A stretch of DNA of 64,000 nt, taken from NCBI GenBank assembly GCA_038874655.1, contig JAVZBY010000003.1, positions 57,326 through 121,325 on the forward strand. The letters are read 5' to 3'. The notes under the pieces are model-generated. The model ran no database searches and was not told the DNA's origin. It saw only the letters and a list, made by a program, of their open reading frames with translations. Of this stretch, positions 42,302 to 52,613 are shown piece after piece (the stretch's first letter is position 1; each line of letters begins with the position of its first letter). This DNA is from Candidatus Woesearchaeota archaeon (GTDB lineage: Archaea; Nanobdellota; Nanobdellia; Woesearchaeales; GW2011-AR15). A program made the translations under genes and the position numbers.

Positions 42302-44195
42302 CTTTATTTAAAGGTGTACATATTTCACATAAAGAAGTTTCTTTTTCATCTGTCCAATCAACTAGTTGTGGTTTTCCATTAACTAAATCACATTTCTTTT
42401 TAATTTTACAAAAAGCACTTCCTAGCATTTCATAATTGCATAAGCACTCTTCTTCATTAACCATTTCATCTGAAGTCATATAAACACCATTACTTAATTT
42501 ACATTTTCTACAAGAAAACAAACCCTCTTCATAAACAAACTTAGCAGTTTCATTATCATTACAAACATTATTTATAGTGTAATTTTCAATTCCAATACCA
42601 TTAAATTTTATTCTGACACCACAATTAGCACAAAAACCTTCATCTGGTTCTTTAACATTTATAGAATTTATAATAACACCAAAATTATTATCCTTCATTA
42701 AATTATAATTTAAATTACATTTAGAACTATTCTCAAGACCATTATAAATAGAAACTATTTCAACCTCTTTATCTTCAAAAATACATGCATTTCCATTATC
42801 CATAAAATTCAATTGTAAAATAAAACCATCGTTATTTCCATCTTCAACTTTTCCACCTATACACTTTTTATTATTATAACCTATTATTTTTTTTCTAACC
42901 TTTTCATACAAACTAGAATCTTGTGGACAAATGCTTTGTTCTTTATAATTAAATATATAATATTCTTTAGCCCAGCATTCTTGCTGACTTAAAGGTTTAT
43001 CTAAGCATGATTCTGGAATTCCATCATTATTATTATCTGTACAACAGCAATAAACATTAACTAATGCTTCTTCTTCACAAAAATCTGTGCCATCAAAAAA
43101 ATATTTTTCTTTATCTAAAACCTGTTTATTTAGTTCTATTTTTGCATCATCATTTTTTAAAATTTTTAAAAACTCTTCTCTTGTAGGGCTAATTGTTTCA
43201 TCATCATTTATTAACCAAAATGGCTCTTTTTTATTTTCAATAACCTCATTTCTACAAAAACCTAAAATAAAATCATTATATCTTTTAACAAAATCTTCTT
43301 CTTTTTCATTATCTTTTTTAACTAAATTATAACCATATTTCTGTTGAAATAATGCTGGAACATCAATAATATTATTATTAGATTTTTCATTACAACCCAA
43401 AACAATAGCAAATTTTGTAAAATGATTAACTTTTGTTATTAATTTATTATCTTTTAATTCCGATTTTAATCCTTTCCAGATCTTAGATTTTTCATCCCAA
43501 TATGCTATTGTTGCTTGACTTAAATCAAAAAAGTCATTATTAGGCAAATCTAGCTCTAAATCCAAAGGTTGGTTAAAACTTAAACCATCTGGCAAGAATT
43601 CATAAACATTGCTTACAACAATATCATTTTTTAAATTATCAAAATTTTTATCAACAACCTTTACAGATAAGATATCATTTATTCCAGAATTTTTCTTTAT
43701 GAATAATCTAGCTTGTTTATCTGCTGAAAAAATAATTCCTTCATAATTATTATTTATTTTATAGCTGTTAGTTAAAGGAACATTAATAAAAAATGAATCA
43801 ATTTTATAATTTTCATTATCTTTAGTTATCTGAATATAATAATCAACATTTACAAAAAATGAATCTTCGCTAATTTCGATATTTATTTTAGGTTCTGAAT
43901 TTATTACATTATATCCTTTATTTATATAATATGAAAATAGGTCATTACCACAATTTCTAATTTTTGTATTCAAATATAAACTATTCTTATTATAATTTAA
44001 ACCATTTTCCTTAATAGATTCATATACTTTTGTTTCAACACAACTCTTTAATTCTGTTAAAATATTATTTTTAAAAGAAACTTCTGTTTTTTGAAAATAT
44101 GGTTTTCTATTAAAAGATAAAAATATAACTGCTGATATAATCACAATTAATCCAATAATAAAAAAAATTGTTATTTGTGTTTTATTTTTCATCAT
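42258..44195 (-). CDS. Secreted protein with class III signal peptide, paralog of 19379..22504
   Basis: KNKTQITIFFIIG N-terminus; shared W.E....W...S...HF(S/T) domain. Confidence 0.7.
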   Translation of the reverse strand: MMKNKTQITIFFIIGLIVIISAVIFLSFNRKPYFQKTEVSFKNNILTELKSCVETKVYESIKENGLNYNKNSLYLNTKIRNCGNDLFSYYINKGYNVINSEPKINIEISEDSFFVNVDYYIQITKDNENYKIDSFFINVPLTNSYKINNNYEGIIFSADKQARLFIKKNSGINDILSVKVVDKNFDNLKNDIVVSNVYEFLPDGLSFNQPLDLELDLPNNDFFDLSQATIAYWDEKSKIWKGLKSELKDNKLITKVNHFTKFAIVLGCNEKSNNNIIDVPALFQQKYGYNLVKKDNEKEEDFVKRYNDFILGFCRNEVIENKKEPFWLINDDETISPTREEFLKILKNDDAKIELNKQVLDKEKYFFDGTDFCEEEALVNVYCCCTDNNNDGIPESCLDKPLSQQECWAKEYYIFNYKEQSICPQDSSLYEKVRKKIIGYNNKKCIGGKVEDGNNDGFILQLNFMDNGNACIFEDKEVEIVSIYNGLENSSKCNLNYNLMKDNNFGVIINSINVKEPDEGFCANCGVRIKFNGIGIENYTINNVCNDNETAKFVYEEGLFSCRKCKLSNGVYMTSDEMVNEEECLCNYEMLGSAFCKIKKKCDLVNGKPQLVDWTDEKETSLCEICTPLNKDVKEGCEKVIFMGG

Positions 44196-44288
44196 CTACG
44201 ATAAATAAAAAAAAAACATTTAAAAATTTTATTGTTAATAAAAAAACAAAAATAAACTAACGAAAAAAAATATTATTGATAAAAAACA

Positions 44289-44879
44289 TTAAATTAAAAA
44301 AACCTCATTTTTAGAGAATCTATATTTTTTTCTTGGTTTATCATCTGCATAACCAATTGGCAATAAAACACTAGGCACTAAATTATCTGGTAATTTTAAA
44401 ACTTCTTTAAATTTATCTGGCATAAATCCTTCCATAGGACATGAATCAAAACCTAGTGATTTTGCTCCTAACATTGCAAAACCTAATGCAATATAAACTT
44501 GCCTTTGCGCCCAGCTTAATTTTTGTTCTTCATTCATTTGAGAAACAAAACCTCTCATCATATTAACATACTCTGTTGCATTAGGAAATGCCTTCGCTAA
44601 CTTATCTATGTTTTTTTCTATATCCTTATTTGCGCAAAAAACTAGTAAATGACTACAAGTTATTATTTGAGGTTGATTAAACCCAAATTGCAATAATTTT
44701 TCTTTTGTTTCTTTATCCTTTACAACCTTTATTACCCAAGGTTGTATATTAAAAGAAGATGGACTATATCTTATAATCTCAAACAATTCTTTTACTTTTG
44801 ATTCAGGAATCTTTTTTCCATTAAACTTTTTTGTTGCATATCTACTTAAAACAATATCTTTAAAATTCATATTAATCAC
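44289..44879 (-). CDS. Nitroreductase (NfsB-like)
   Basis: RYATKKF, PSSFNIQPW and DSCPMEGF motifs. Confidence 0.93.
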   Translation of the reverse strand: MINMNFKDIVLSRYATKKFNGKKIPESKVKELFEIIRYSPSSFNIQPWVIKVVKDKETKEKLLQFGFNQPQIITCSHLLVFCANKDIEKNIDKLAKAFPNATEYVNMMRGFVSQMNEEQKLSWAQRQVYIALGFAMLGAKSLGFDSCPMEGFMPDKFKEVLKLPDNLVPSVLLPIGYADDKPRKKYRFSKNEVFLI

Positions 44880-45007
44880 CTATTTTCTAAAATAATAGGT
44901 TATTTAAAAAAATTATATTTAACTAAATAAATTAAAAGTTTTCAAAAAAAATAACTTTTATAAAAATTTAAAAAAGAAAAAGTTTAAAATTAGTATAAAA
45001 AAGATTT

Positions 45008-45496
45008 TTATTCCAAATACCCTATAAATGTTTGCTCAAATAAAATTTCGTTTTTACTTGTTCCGTGTTTTTTTGTAAATCCTTCTTGAAATTGATCTGC
45101 TGTTCCACAATATTTTAATATTGCATCAACTCCACCTGGGTGTTTTCCTAAATACTGTGTTACATCATAAACCTTTTTATCATATGCAACCCAACAGTCA
45201 TTTCTTGAGTTATGCTTAGATAATTCACTTAAAGAAATTTTTTCATTATTCCTATTTTCTTGAATATTGTTTTCTTGATTATTTTCTTGAACATTATTGT
45301 TTTCTTGAATATCATTATTTTTATCATTATTATTTGTATATTCTATAATTTGTTGTTGGTTTTCTTCATTAGAATTTGTTTCTATTTTTTTAGCATCTTT
45401 CTCTTCATTTATAATTGATTTTTCTTGAACATTTACACATGCACTAACAAATAAAACTAATACTAAAAGTAAAAAATATTTATTCATTAACATCAC
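45008..45496 (-). CDS. Lipoprotein with cytochrome b5-like heme-binding domain
   Basis: Lipobox VSAC; KHNSRNDCW, VYDVT, HPGG and a second His. Confidence 0.88.
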   Translation of the reverse strand: MMLMNKYFLLLVLVLFVSACVNVQEKSIINEEKDAKKIETNSNEENQQQIIEYTNNNDKNNDIQENNNVQENNQENNIQENRNNEKISLSELSKHNSRNDCWVAYDKKVYDVTQYLGKHPGGVDAILKYCGTADQFQEGFTKKHGTSKNEILFEQTFIGYLE

Positions 45497-45544
45497 CCTA
45501 CAAAAAGAAAAAAAACAAGTATTATAAAACTTTTGTTTAATTAT

Positions 45545-47212
45545 TCATAATTCATCAAATAACTTAATTGCTTTATCTTTTATTACTAATAAGAAAGGTG
45601 CCAATTTTGGGCCTTTTTCTTTGCCTAATAAAACCAAATATGCAGCTTTAAATAATTCTTGTGGCTCAATATTTACCTCATCTCTTGCAATAGTATAAAA
45701 TTCATTAAATAAAGTTTGTTCTGTCCATTTGCCATGCTTTAATCTTTGAGCAATTAACTTTAAAGCTTGTTTTTGCTTATCTGTTAATTTTTCTTTATTC
45801 TCATCTAAAAGTTTCTCTTGCAATTTGAATTTATATTGTTCATCTGCAAATTCATTTACCCATTTTCTTGCAAACTTTAGCCTATCTTTTACATAATTAA
45901 TTTCTTCTTTTGTCGCATCTTCATATATATGGCCAGATTCCTTTAATTTTTCAATAATGAGATCATCATTTTCAAATAATTGAACCATAACAGATGCATG
46001 TATCAAAGATATTTGTGGTGGACATCTTTCTGGAATTTTTCCAACATGACTTAACTCATAAATTCTTTTTTGTTTTATTGCTTCTTTTTCATCTACTTTT
46101 TCTAAACCAAAATATATTCTTTCTGCTTTATCATATCTCTCATATAAAAGTATTAAATCATTAGTTCCATATGGATCAAAATCTATAACTGCATTAGGCC
46201 TAGTTCTTATTAACAAATATCTTAACATTTTAGCAGGTGCAAAATTAATGCTCTCTGCAAAACCAATTCCTCTTCCTTTAGAAGTGGACATCTTTTTTCC
46301 ACCTACTGTAAAGAACTCATAACCAGGACCTTCATTATAGCCATTGCTTGGATATGGCGGTGGGTAATTAAAAACATCAACAGATATTCTACAAGCAGCT
46401 GTTCTTGAACCACCTTTAGTAAAATGATCTTTTCCTGCTGTTTCAACTATAACTCCTTTAGATGGCCATTTTGCTGCCCATTCAACTTTCCATGGAAATT
46501 TACCATTTCCATTATAGGGGCTAATCCACCCTTTATAGCCACAGCCTGATGCCCAAGCCACAACACCATCTTTGCATTCAAAATAAAGCAATTCTTTTTT
46601 AGAATTCCATTCTAATGCAATTGTAGTTGCTATTTTTCCACAATTTGGACATCTAACATTAAAAGGTAATTTATTTGCTGCTGCAACTTCTTCACCATAT
46701 AAATCTGCAAAAATCTTTTGAATTTTTTCTGCATTATCCAATGCAATTTTTATTGTTCTATTAAAAGTGCCTTTTTCATATTCTTGGCCTGTGCTTTCTA
46801 ATTCTGCCTCAATTCCAAAATCTGGAAACAAATTTGTGCATTGTTTAAAATAATAGTCCCCATAACTCTCATATCCCTGCATTGGACTTGGAATATATCT
46901 AAATGGAATACCCATATATTTTTCATATTCTTTTTTATCCAAATAAGAGGGAATTTTATCCATAGGATCCATATCATCTGAACTTAATACAAATCTAGCA
47001 TTTTTTCCCTTGCTTCTTAATGCTTTTGCAATAGCATCATGGATAATCCAACCTCTTCCAGAACCAATATGAATTATTCCTGAAGGTGTTTTTTCATCAT
47101 AAACAAAATAGCCATTTTTATCTACTAATTTTTTCAACTCGGGATTATTTTCAACCCTTTCAATAACTTCATCTGCAATTTGGTCTGCCCAGTGTTTTAC
47201 ATCTTCGCTCAT
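45545..47212 (-). CDS. lysS: Lysine--tRNA ligase, class I
   Basis: HWAD, PSGIIHIG, GKDH, KMSTSKG and KGPKL motifs. Confidence 0.95.
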   Translation of the reverse strand: MSEDVKHWADQIADEVIERVENNPELKKLVDKNGYFVYDEKTPSGIIHIGSGRGWIIHDAIAKALRSKGKNARFVLSSDDMDPMDKIPSYLDKKEYEKYMGIPFRYIPSPMQGYESYGDYYFKQCTNLFPDFGIEAELESTGQEYEKGTFNRTIKIALDNAEKIQKIFADLYGEEVAAANKLPFNVRCPNCGKIATTIALEWNSKKELLYFECKDGVVAWASGCGYKGWISPYNGNGKFPWKVEWAAKWPSKGVIVETAGKDHFTKGGSRTAACRISVDVFNYPPPYPSNGYNEGPGYEFFTVGGKKMSTSKGRGIGFAESINFAPAKMLRYLLIRTRPNAVIDFDPYGTNDLILLYERYDKAERIYFGLEKVDEKEAIKQKRIYELSHVGKIPERCPPQISLIHASVMVQLFENDDLIIEKLKESGHIYEDATKEEINYVKDRLKFARKWVNEFADEQYKFKLQEKLLDENKEKLTDKQKQALKLIAQRLKHGKWTEQTLFNEFYTIARDEVNIEPQELFKAAYLVLLGKEKGPKLAPFLLVIKDKAIKLFDEL

Positions 47213-47292
47213 AAGAAAATGAAATAATGCAATAATTATAAATATAACTATTAGCTATTAAAAAATTTATATAAAAAGCAAAAAAACAAAAA

Positions 47293-47763
47293 ATGACACT
47301 AATCTTATCTTATGCAGTAAAACCCTCAAAAAAAATAAGAAATATATCTAACTTAGAGACTTTTATTGAAAATTACAAAAAAAGTATAGAAAGATTAAAA
47401 GATACTAATTTAGAAGTTATCCTTTCAGAAAATCATAATCAAAATATTGATACTATGTTCCTTTTTATTAATTATGCTCAAAAAAAAAGATTTTTTTGCA
47501 GATATCTTGGTTTGGGTTATACCATATATACTGAAAATGACTTAAAGCAAATATTAGACTTTTTAAAAATAAGAAATCCTTTGTGGAATCCTGAAATCAA
47601 ATTAGACATTAATATAAGAGAAATAGAAAATGATCTTAATAAAAAGTTAAAAAAACCTTTTTATTATAAAATTAATCAAGGCTCTATTTTAATCCCTAGC
47701 CAAACTGCATTAAACTTTTATTTAGATTATTTATATTATAGAAGTTTAGAAATTCCTCAATAA
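47293..47763 (+). CDS. Hypothetical protein
   Basis: 156-aa ORF filling an intergenic gap; no motif recognised. Confidence 0.5.
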   Translation: MTLILSYAVKPSKKIRNISNLETFIENYKKSIERLKDTNLEVILSENHNQNIDTMFLFINYAQKKRFFCRYLGLGYTIYTENDLKQILDFLKIRNPLWNPEIKLDINIREIENDLNKKLKKPFYYKINQGSILIPSQTALNFYLDYLYYRSLEIPQ

Positions 47764-47825
47764 ATTTAATTATAAGGTTATTTGAGAAAATGAATTTTAA
47801 AAAAAAATTAACTAAAAAGATTATT

Positions 47826-49010
47826 TCAATTAATAACCTTTTCAATAATACTAACTGCCTCATCAACATTTTCTTTACTAAAAATTATAGGTGGTAATAA
47901 TCTCAAAATATTAGACAATGTTGGAATTACAATTAATCCATTATCCTGCAGTTTCTTTGTGTATTCTGTATTTTTTGTTTTTAATTCGATTGCTATCATC
48001 AATCCCTTTCCTCTAACTTCTCTTATTACAGATTTATTTAAATTTTTTAATTTATCCAAAAAATAATTTCCTACCTCTTCAGCATTTTTTAATAAATTAT
48101 TTTTTTCAATATAATCTAAAACAGCAATTCCTGCTGCGCTTATCAATGGATTTCCGCCAAAGGTATTTGTATGACAACCTGGATATAATTTTTCAGAAAC
48201 TTTATTATTAATTAAAACAGCACCAGCAGGCAAGCCTCCTGAAATGCCTTTTGCCAAACACATTATATCTGGTTTAATTCCAAAATGCTCAATAGCAAAT
48301 AATTTTCCTGTTCTTCCAAAACCTGTTTGAATCTCATCTACAATTAATAAAATATTTTTTTCATCGCAAATTTTCCTAACTTCTTTAAAGAAAGTATCAC
48401 TTGGCAATCTAATTCCTCCTTCTCCTTGTATTGGCTCCAATATTATTGCTGCAGTTTCCTCAGAAATAATTGATTTTAAACTTTCAATATCATCATAACT
48501 AAAATGATTTACATGTTGTAATAGAGGCAAAAATGGCTCATTATACTTAGGCATTGTTTTTGTTAAGCTTAAAGCTCCAATTGTTTTTCCATGATAGCCC
48601 ATTTTTGCAGCTAAAATTTCTTTCTTTCCAGTAAACAAACGAGCAAATTTGATTGCTGCTTCAACTGCCTCTGCTCCGGAATTACAAAAAAAAACTTTAT
48701 CTAAACCTGCTTTTTCACATAACTTCTTTGAGAAAATTGCTCTTTTAGAGTTCATATAACTCCCATGCAAGTTTGTTATTAAATCTAATTGCTCAATTAT
48801 AGCTTCTTTAACTGCCTTATTATTATGGCCTAAAACATTGACACCCATATTAGAAAAACAATCTAAATATTTTTTTCCATTATTATCATATAAATAAACA
48901 CCCTCTCCTTTTTCAATAAACAAACCTCTGTTTCCATATGTTGGTGCAACATAAGTATTATGCATATTTGCTAATTCTTCATAATCAAAATTATTTTTAT
49001 TGAAACTCAT
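47826..49010 (-). CDS. lysJ: [LysW]-aminoadipate semialdehyde transaminase (class III PLP aminotransferase)
   Basis: NSGAEA.E, EPIQGEGG, DEIQTG.GRTG and LAKG motifs; operon context. Confidence 0.88.
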   Translation of the reverse strand: MSFNKNNFDYEELANMHNTYVAPTYGNRGLFIEKGEGVYLYDNNGKKYLDCFSNMGVNVLGHNNKAVKEAIIEQLDLITNLHGSYMNSKRAIFSKKLCEKAGLDKVFFCNSGAEAVEAAIKFARLFTGKKEILAAKMGYHGKTIGALSLTKTMPKYNEPFLPLLQHVNHFSYDDIESLKSIISEETAAIILEPIQGEGGIRLPSDTFFKEVRKICDEKNILLIVDEIQTGFGRTGKLFAIEHFGIKPDIMCLAKGISGGLPAGAVLINNKVSEKLYPGCHTNTFGGNPLISAAGIAVLDYIEKNNLLKNAEEVGNYFLDKLKNLNKSVIREVRGKGLMIAIELKTKNTEYTKKLQDNGLIVIPTLSNILRLLPPIIFSKENVDEAVSIIEKVIN

Positions 49011-49094
49011 TTTCTATCACCTTTTTATTTTATATTTTTATTTTCTAATATTTTTATCTCGTTTTTCAATTCTTATTATTTATTTCTCATTTAA

Positions 49095-49919
49095 CTAATT
49101 TTTTGTGATAATTGTTCCATTTTCATTTAAAGCATTCATCAATGGACTTTCAATTCTGCCGTCTGCCAAAATAATCTTTAAATTTGGATTAATATACTCT
49201 GACTCAAACAACTTTTTTATAGCATAAATTTTTCTTTTCATTCTTCCCTCAACTTTCTGTTCCATTATTTCCAAATCACTGAAATTTAATTTTTTAATTA
49301 GTGTATTTTCATCATTTTTATCCTCTAAAAAACCTCTTGCTTCTATAAAACTTATAATTAAATCTGCATTTAATTTTTCATTCAATAATGAAACAATATC
49401 ATCATTTTCTGTATTTATTGCAAAATTATTTTCATCTAATATAGGAATGCTAATTATAGGAATATACTTATTATCAAGCAGCAAAATCAATAAATTAAGA
49501 TTAATTGATTTTGGTTTTCCTGAAAAATCTCTGACAATTTTTATTTTACCATTATCATTTATTCTAATTCCTTGATTTCTCTGCCCAACAACTAAAGAAC
49601 CATCTATCCCAGATAATCCAATAGCATTCAACCCATTTTGTAAAAATTTTTCAACAATTCTTTTATTTTTTAAACCGCTGTAAGACATTAAAATTAAATC
49701 AATAGCTTCTTCATCACTATACACACTTTCAAAGCCCTTTATTGATTTCAAGACCTTTTTTTCAACATTCAATTTTTTTGCTAACTCATCTCTCAAATAA
49801 TTTGCGCCATGAACAACAACGATTTTTTCATTATTGTTTTTTTCTAAAAAAATTTTCAAGTCCTTTGCAATCCCATTAATATTTATTTCTTTACCACCGC
49901 CTATTTTTATTATAATCAT
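49095..49919 (-). CDS. lysZ: [LysW]-aminoadipate kinase
   Basis: IKIGG, VVHGA, GLSGIDG, FSGKP and GRMKRK motifs. Confidence 0.9.
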   Translation of the reverse strand: MIIIKIGGGKEININGIAKDLKIFLEKNNNEKIVVVHGANYLRDELAKKLNVEKKVLKSIKGFESVYSDEEAIDLILMSYSGLKNKRIVEKFLQNGLNAIGLSGIDGSLVVGQRNQGIRINDNGKIKIVRDFSGKPKSINLNLLILLLDNKYIPIISIPILDENNFAINTENDDIVSLLNEKLNADLIISFIEARGFLEDKNDENTLIKKLNFSDLEIMEQKVEGRMKRKIYAIKKLFESEYINPNLKIILADGRIESPLMNALNENGTIITKN

Positions 49920-49959
49920 TTTTCCCTCCTAAAATAATAAAAAAAATTAAAAAACAAAC

Positions 49960-50655
49960 CTAAAAAACATATAATCCTAAATTTAGTTTTTTCCAATTTT
50001 CTTTATTTTCGTTTTCAAATTCTTGTGAGCAAATTATTAATCTTTCATTTTTGTTAGTTTCATTATTTTTTTTATTTTCATTAATCTCTTTTTTCATTCT
50101 TAAACAAAAATAATCCTCATCTGTTGTAAAATAATTATTGACAAAAACCTTTTCTTTATTAGCAATAATTATATTCAATGCTTTTATGTAATCAGTTCTT
50201 TTTTTTATTATAGAAATAGCTTTTTCCATTGCATTTTTCATACTTTCTTTTGAATCTTTTTTATCAAACCTCTTAATAAAATTGAATATTTTTTCTGCTC
50301 CTATTCTACCATGCTCTTTTATTTTAACTCCTCTTAATTCACCATTAAATATAAAAACATAATTTTCATCATAAAAAGGCATATTATTTTCAATTCTAAT
50401 GTCTTTATCCTCAAAAGCGCTTCTTGCATGTGCAATTAAAATTTTTGTTTTTTTATTTTTAGTAAAACTAAAATCCTCAGTCCATATTGGATTTATATTT
50501 TTGTAATAATTAAAATTATTTTTTTCATCTAAATAAGCCAACCCCCATCCATGTCCTTGATTTTCTTTGCTATTTTTACAAATAACTGCAAATTTTTCTA
50601 AATAAGGATTAATATCAAAAACTTCATTTGATTTAATATATAGCAATCTGCACAT
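49960..50655 (-). CDS. Class II glutamine amidotransferase-like Ntn hydrolase (YafJ/EgtC/Dug3-like)
   Basis: N-terminal MCRLL nucleophile; GWG, AHARSA, ENNMPF and FNG motifs; single domain. Confidence 0.88.
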   Translation of the reverse strand: MCRLLYIKSNEVFDINPYLEKFAVICKNSKENQGHGWGLAYLDEKNNFNYYKNINPIWTEDFSFTKNKKTKILIAHARSAFEDKDIRIENNMPFYDENYVFIFNGELRGVKIKEHGRIGAEKIFNFIKRFDKKDSKESMKNAMEKAISIIKKRTDYIKALNIIIANKEKVFVNNYFTTDEDYFCLRMKKEINENKKNNETNKNERLIICSQEFENENKENWKKLNLGLYVF

Positions 50656-50686
50656 TTTTTATAATTTTTATATAAAGATTAAAATA

Positions 50687-51724
50687 TTAAATTGGATGCA
50701 ATCCACTAAATTCTAATCCTAAGGTTTCATCAAACCCAAACATTAAATTCATGCATTGAACTGCTTGTCCTGCTGAACCCTTCATTAAATTATCTATTGC
50801 ACTTATGACAACTAATCTTTTTTTATCATTTTCATCTAATTCAAACCCAATATCACAATAATTTGTTCCCCACAATATTTTTGGCTCTGGATATCTATAA
50901 ATACCTTGCTTCTCTTTAACAAATCTTATAAATGGTTCATTTTGATATTCACTTCTGAAAATTTTCCAAATATCTTTTTCTTCCATTTCATTTTTCAAAT
51001 AAAGATGTGCTGTCATTAAAATTCCTCTCACAATTCCAATACTTGTTGCACTAAATCCAAAATAATTTGTTTTTAATTCTTGCATAATTTCTGCCATATG
51101 CCTATGTCCTGTTGGTTGATAACTTCTAACACAATCATTTCTCTCTGGATGATGGCTTGCTTCACTTGGCTTACTTCCACCTTGAGAGCTGCCTGCTTTT
51201 ACTTCAACAATTGTTCTTGATTCTTCAACAACATTATTTTTATAAAGAGGGTATAAACCTAAAATTGTTGCAGTAGAATTACAGCCGGCACATGCAACAT
51301 AATCTGCTTTTTTTATTTCTTCTCTATGTAATTCTGGAAGCCCATAAACAAATTTTTCAATTAACTCAGGATTTGGATGTTCCATACCATACCATTTAAC
51401 ATAGTCATCTTTATTTTTTAATCTGTAATCACTTCCTTTATCAATAATCTTTTTTGCTTTACTCATAAAATACTTCATTTTTTGACTGCTTAATCCATGT
51501 GGCAATCCTAAAAATAAAACATCAACCTCTTCCAGATTATTCATACTTGTAAATTTTAAGCTTGTTTTTTTCCTCAAATTAGGATGTATTTGATGCACAA
51601 ATTTACCAATATTACTTTCAGAGGTTATTTGCTTAACTTCAACATAAGGATGATTAAGCAATAATCTCAATACTTCGCCTCCTGTGTAGCCAGAAGCTCC
51701 TATAATTGAAGCTGTTATTTTCAT
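50687..51724 (-). CDS. lysY: [LysW]-aminoadipate-phosphate reductase (ArgC family)
   Basis: GASGYTGGE, YGLPEL, GCN.T and IDNLMKG.AGQA motifs. Confidence 0.92.
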   Translation of the reverse strand: MKITASIIGASGYTGGEVLRLLLNHPYVEVKQITSESNIGKFVHQIHPNLRKKTSLKFTSMNNLEEVDVLFLGLPHGLSSQKMKYFMSKAKKIIDKGSDYRLKNKDDYVKWYGMEHPNPELIEKFVYGLPELHREEIKKADYVACAGCNSTATILGLYPLYKNNVVEESRTIVEVKAGSSQGGSKPSEASHHPERNDCVRSYQPTGHRHMAEIMQELKTNYFGFSATSIGIVRGILMTAHLYLKNEMEEKDIWKIFRSEYQNEPFIRFVKEKQGIYRYPEPKILWGTNYCDIGFELDENDKKRLVVISAIDNLMKGSAGQAVQCMNLMFGFDETLGLEFSGLHPI

Positions 51725-52578
51725 TTTTTACCTCCTTGCTCCAAAACATAATCAACCATTAATTTTGGAATATTAACTCCTGTTGTTATAATTGAATTTC
51801 TAAACTCCATTGTATGATTTACTTCATTTACCATTAAACCATTTTTTGTCTCAAAAATATCTATTGCTAATAAACCACCTTTTTTATCTGTTATTGCATC
51901 TGCTGTTTTTTTACATAATTCATCAATCTCTTTTGTGATAGGACAATTTTCTGCTTTACCTCCTCTAGCTGTATTTGTAATCCAATGTTCAGAATTTCTA
52001 TAGATTGCTGCAATTGTTTTATTCCCTATTACAAAAGCTCTAATATCTCTCCCAGGTTTTTCAATATATTCTTGAATGTAAAAAATGGAATGATTATAGC
52101 CGCCTAATGTTGCTTTGTGTTCTATTATTGACTCTGCTTCTTCCCTTGATTTTACTTTAGCCATTAATCTACCCCATGAACCAATAACTGGTTTTAAAAC
52201 ACAAGGATATCCTAAAAAATCACATGCATTTAAAGCAGATTCTTCTGAAAAAGCCATAAAAACTTTAGGTGTTGGAATTTTATTATTTACTAAAATCTGA
52301 CTTGTAATATATTTATCACCACATCTCTCAGCAATAAAACTAGGATTAATTACTTTAACATTTTGTGCTTCAAATAATTTTGATATATATAATCCTCTGC
52401 TATAAGAAACGCTTCTTTCAAACAAAACATCAATATCATACTTTTTTTTTGATATGTCAAAAAATTCAATATTATCATCAATTATAATTAAATCAACATC
52501 TCTTTTTCTTAATTCATCTAACAAAAATTTTTCTTCTGCTCTTAATTTTGTCATCAAAAAACCTATTTTTAATTTCAT
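51721..52578 (-). CDS. lysX: Alpha-aminoadipate--LysW ligase (ATP-grasp)
   Basis: KPVIGSWGR, QEYI.KPGRDIR, WITNTARG and EVNHTMEFRNS motifs. Confidence 0.93.
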   Translation of the reverse strand: MKLKIGFLMTKLRAEEKFLLDELRKRDVDLIIIDDNIEFFDISKKKYDIDVLFERSVSYSRGLYISKLFEAQNVKVINPSFIAERCGDKYITSQILVNNKIPTPKVFMAFSEESALNACDFLGYPCVLKPVIGSWGRLMAKVKSREEAESIIEHKATLGGYNHSIFYIQEYIEKPGRDIRAFVIGNKTIAAIYRNSEHWITNTARGGKAENCPITKEIDELCKKTADAITDKKGGLLAIDIFETKNGLMVNEVNHTMEFRNSIITTGVNIPKLMVDYVLEQGGKK

Positions 52579-52613
52579 GATTTCACCATTTTTTTATCTT
52601 TGTTTTTTTATCA

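Noticed and set aside
49960-50655. GATase as purF, glmS or asnB
   Set aside because: Only 231 aa, lacking synthase domains, and embedded in the lys operon
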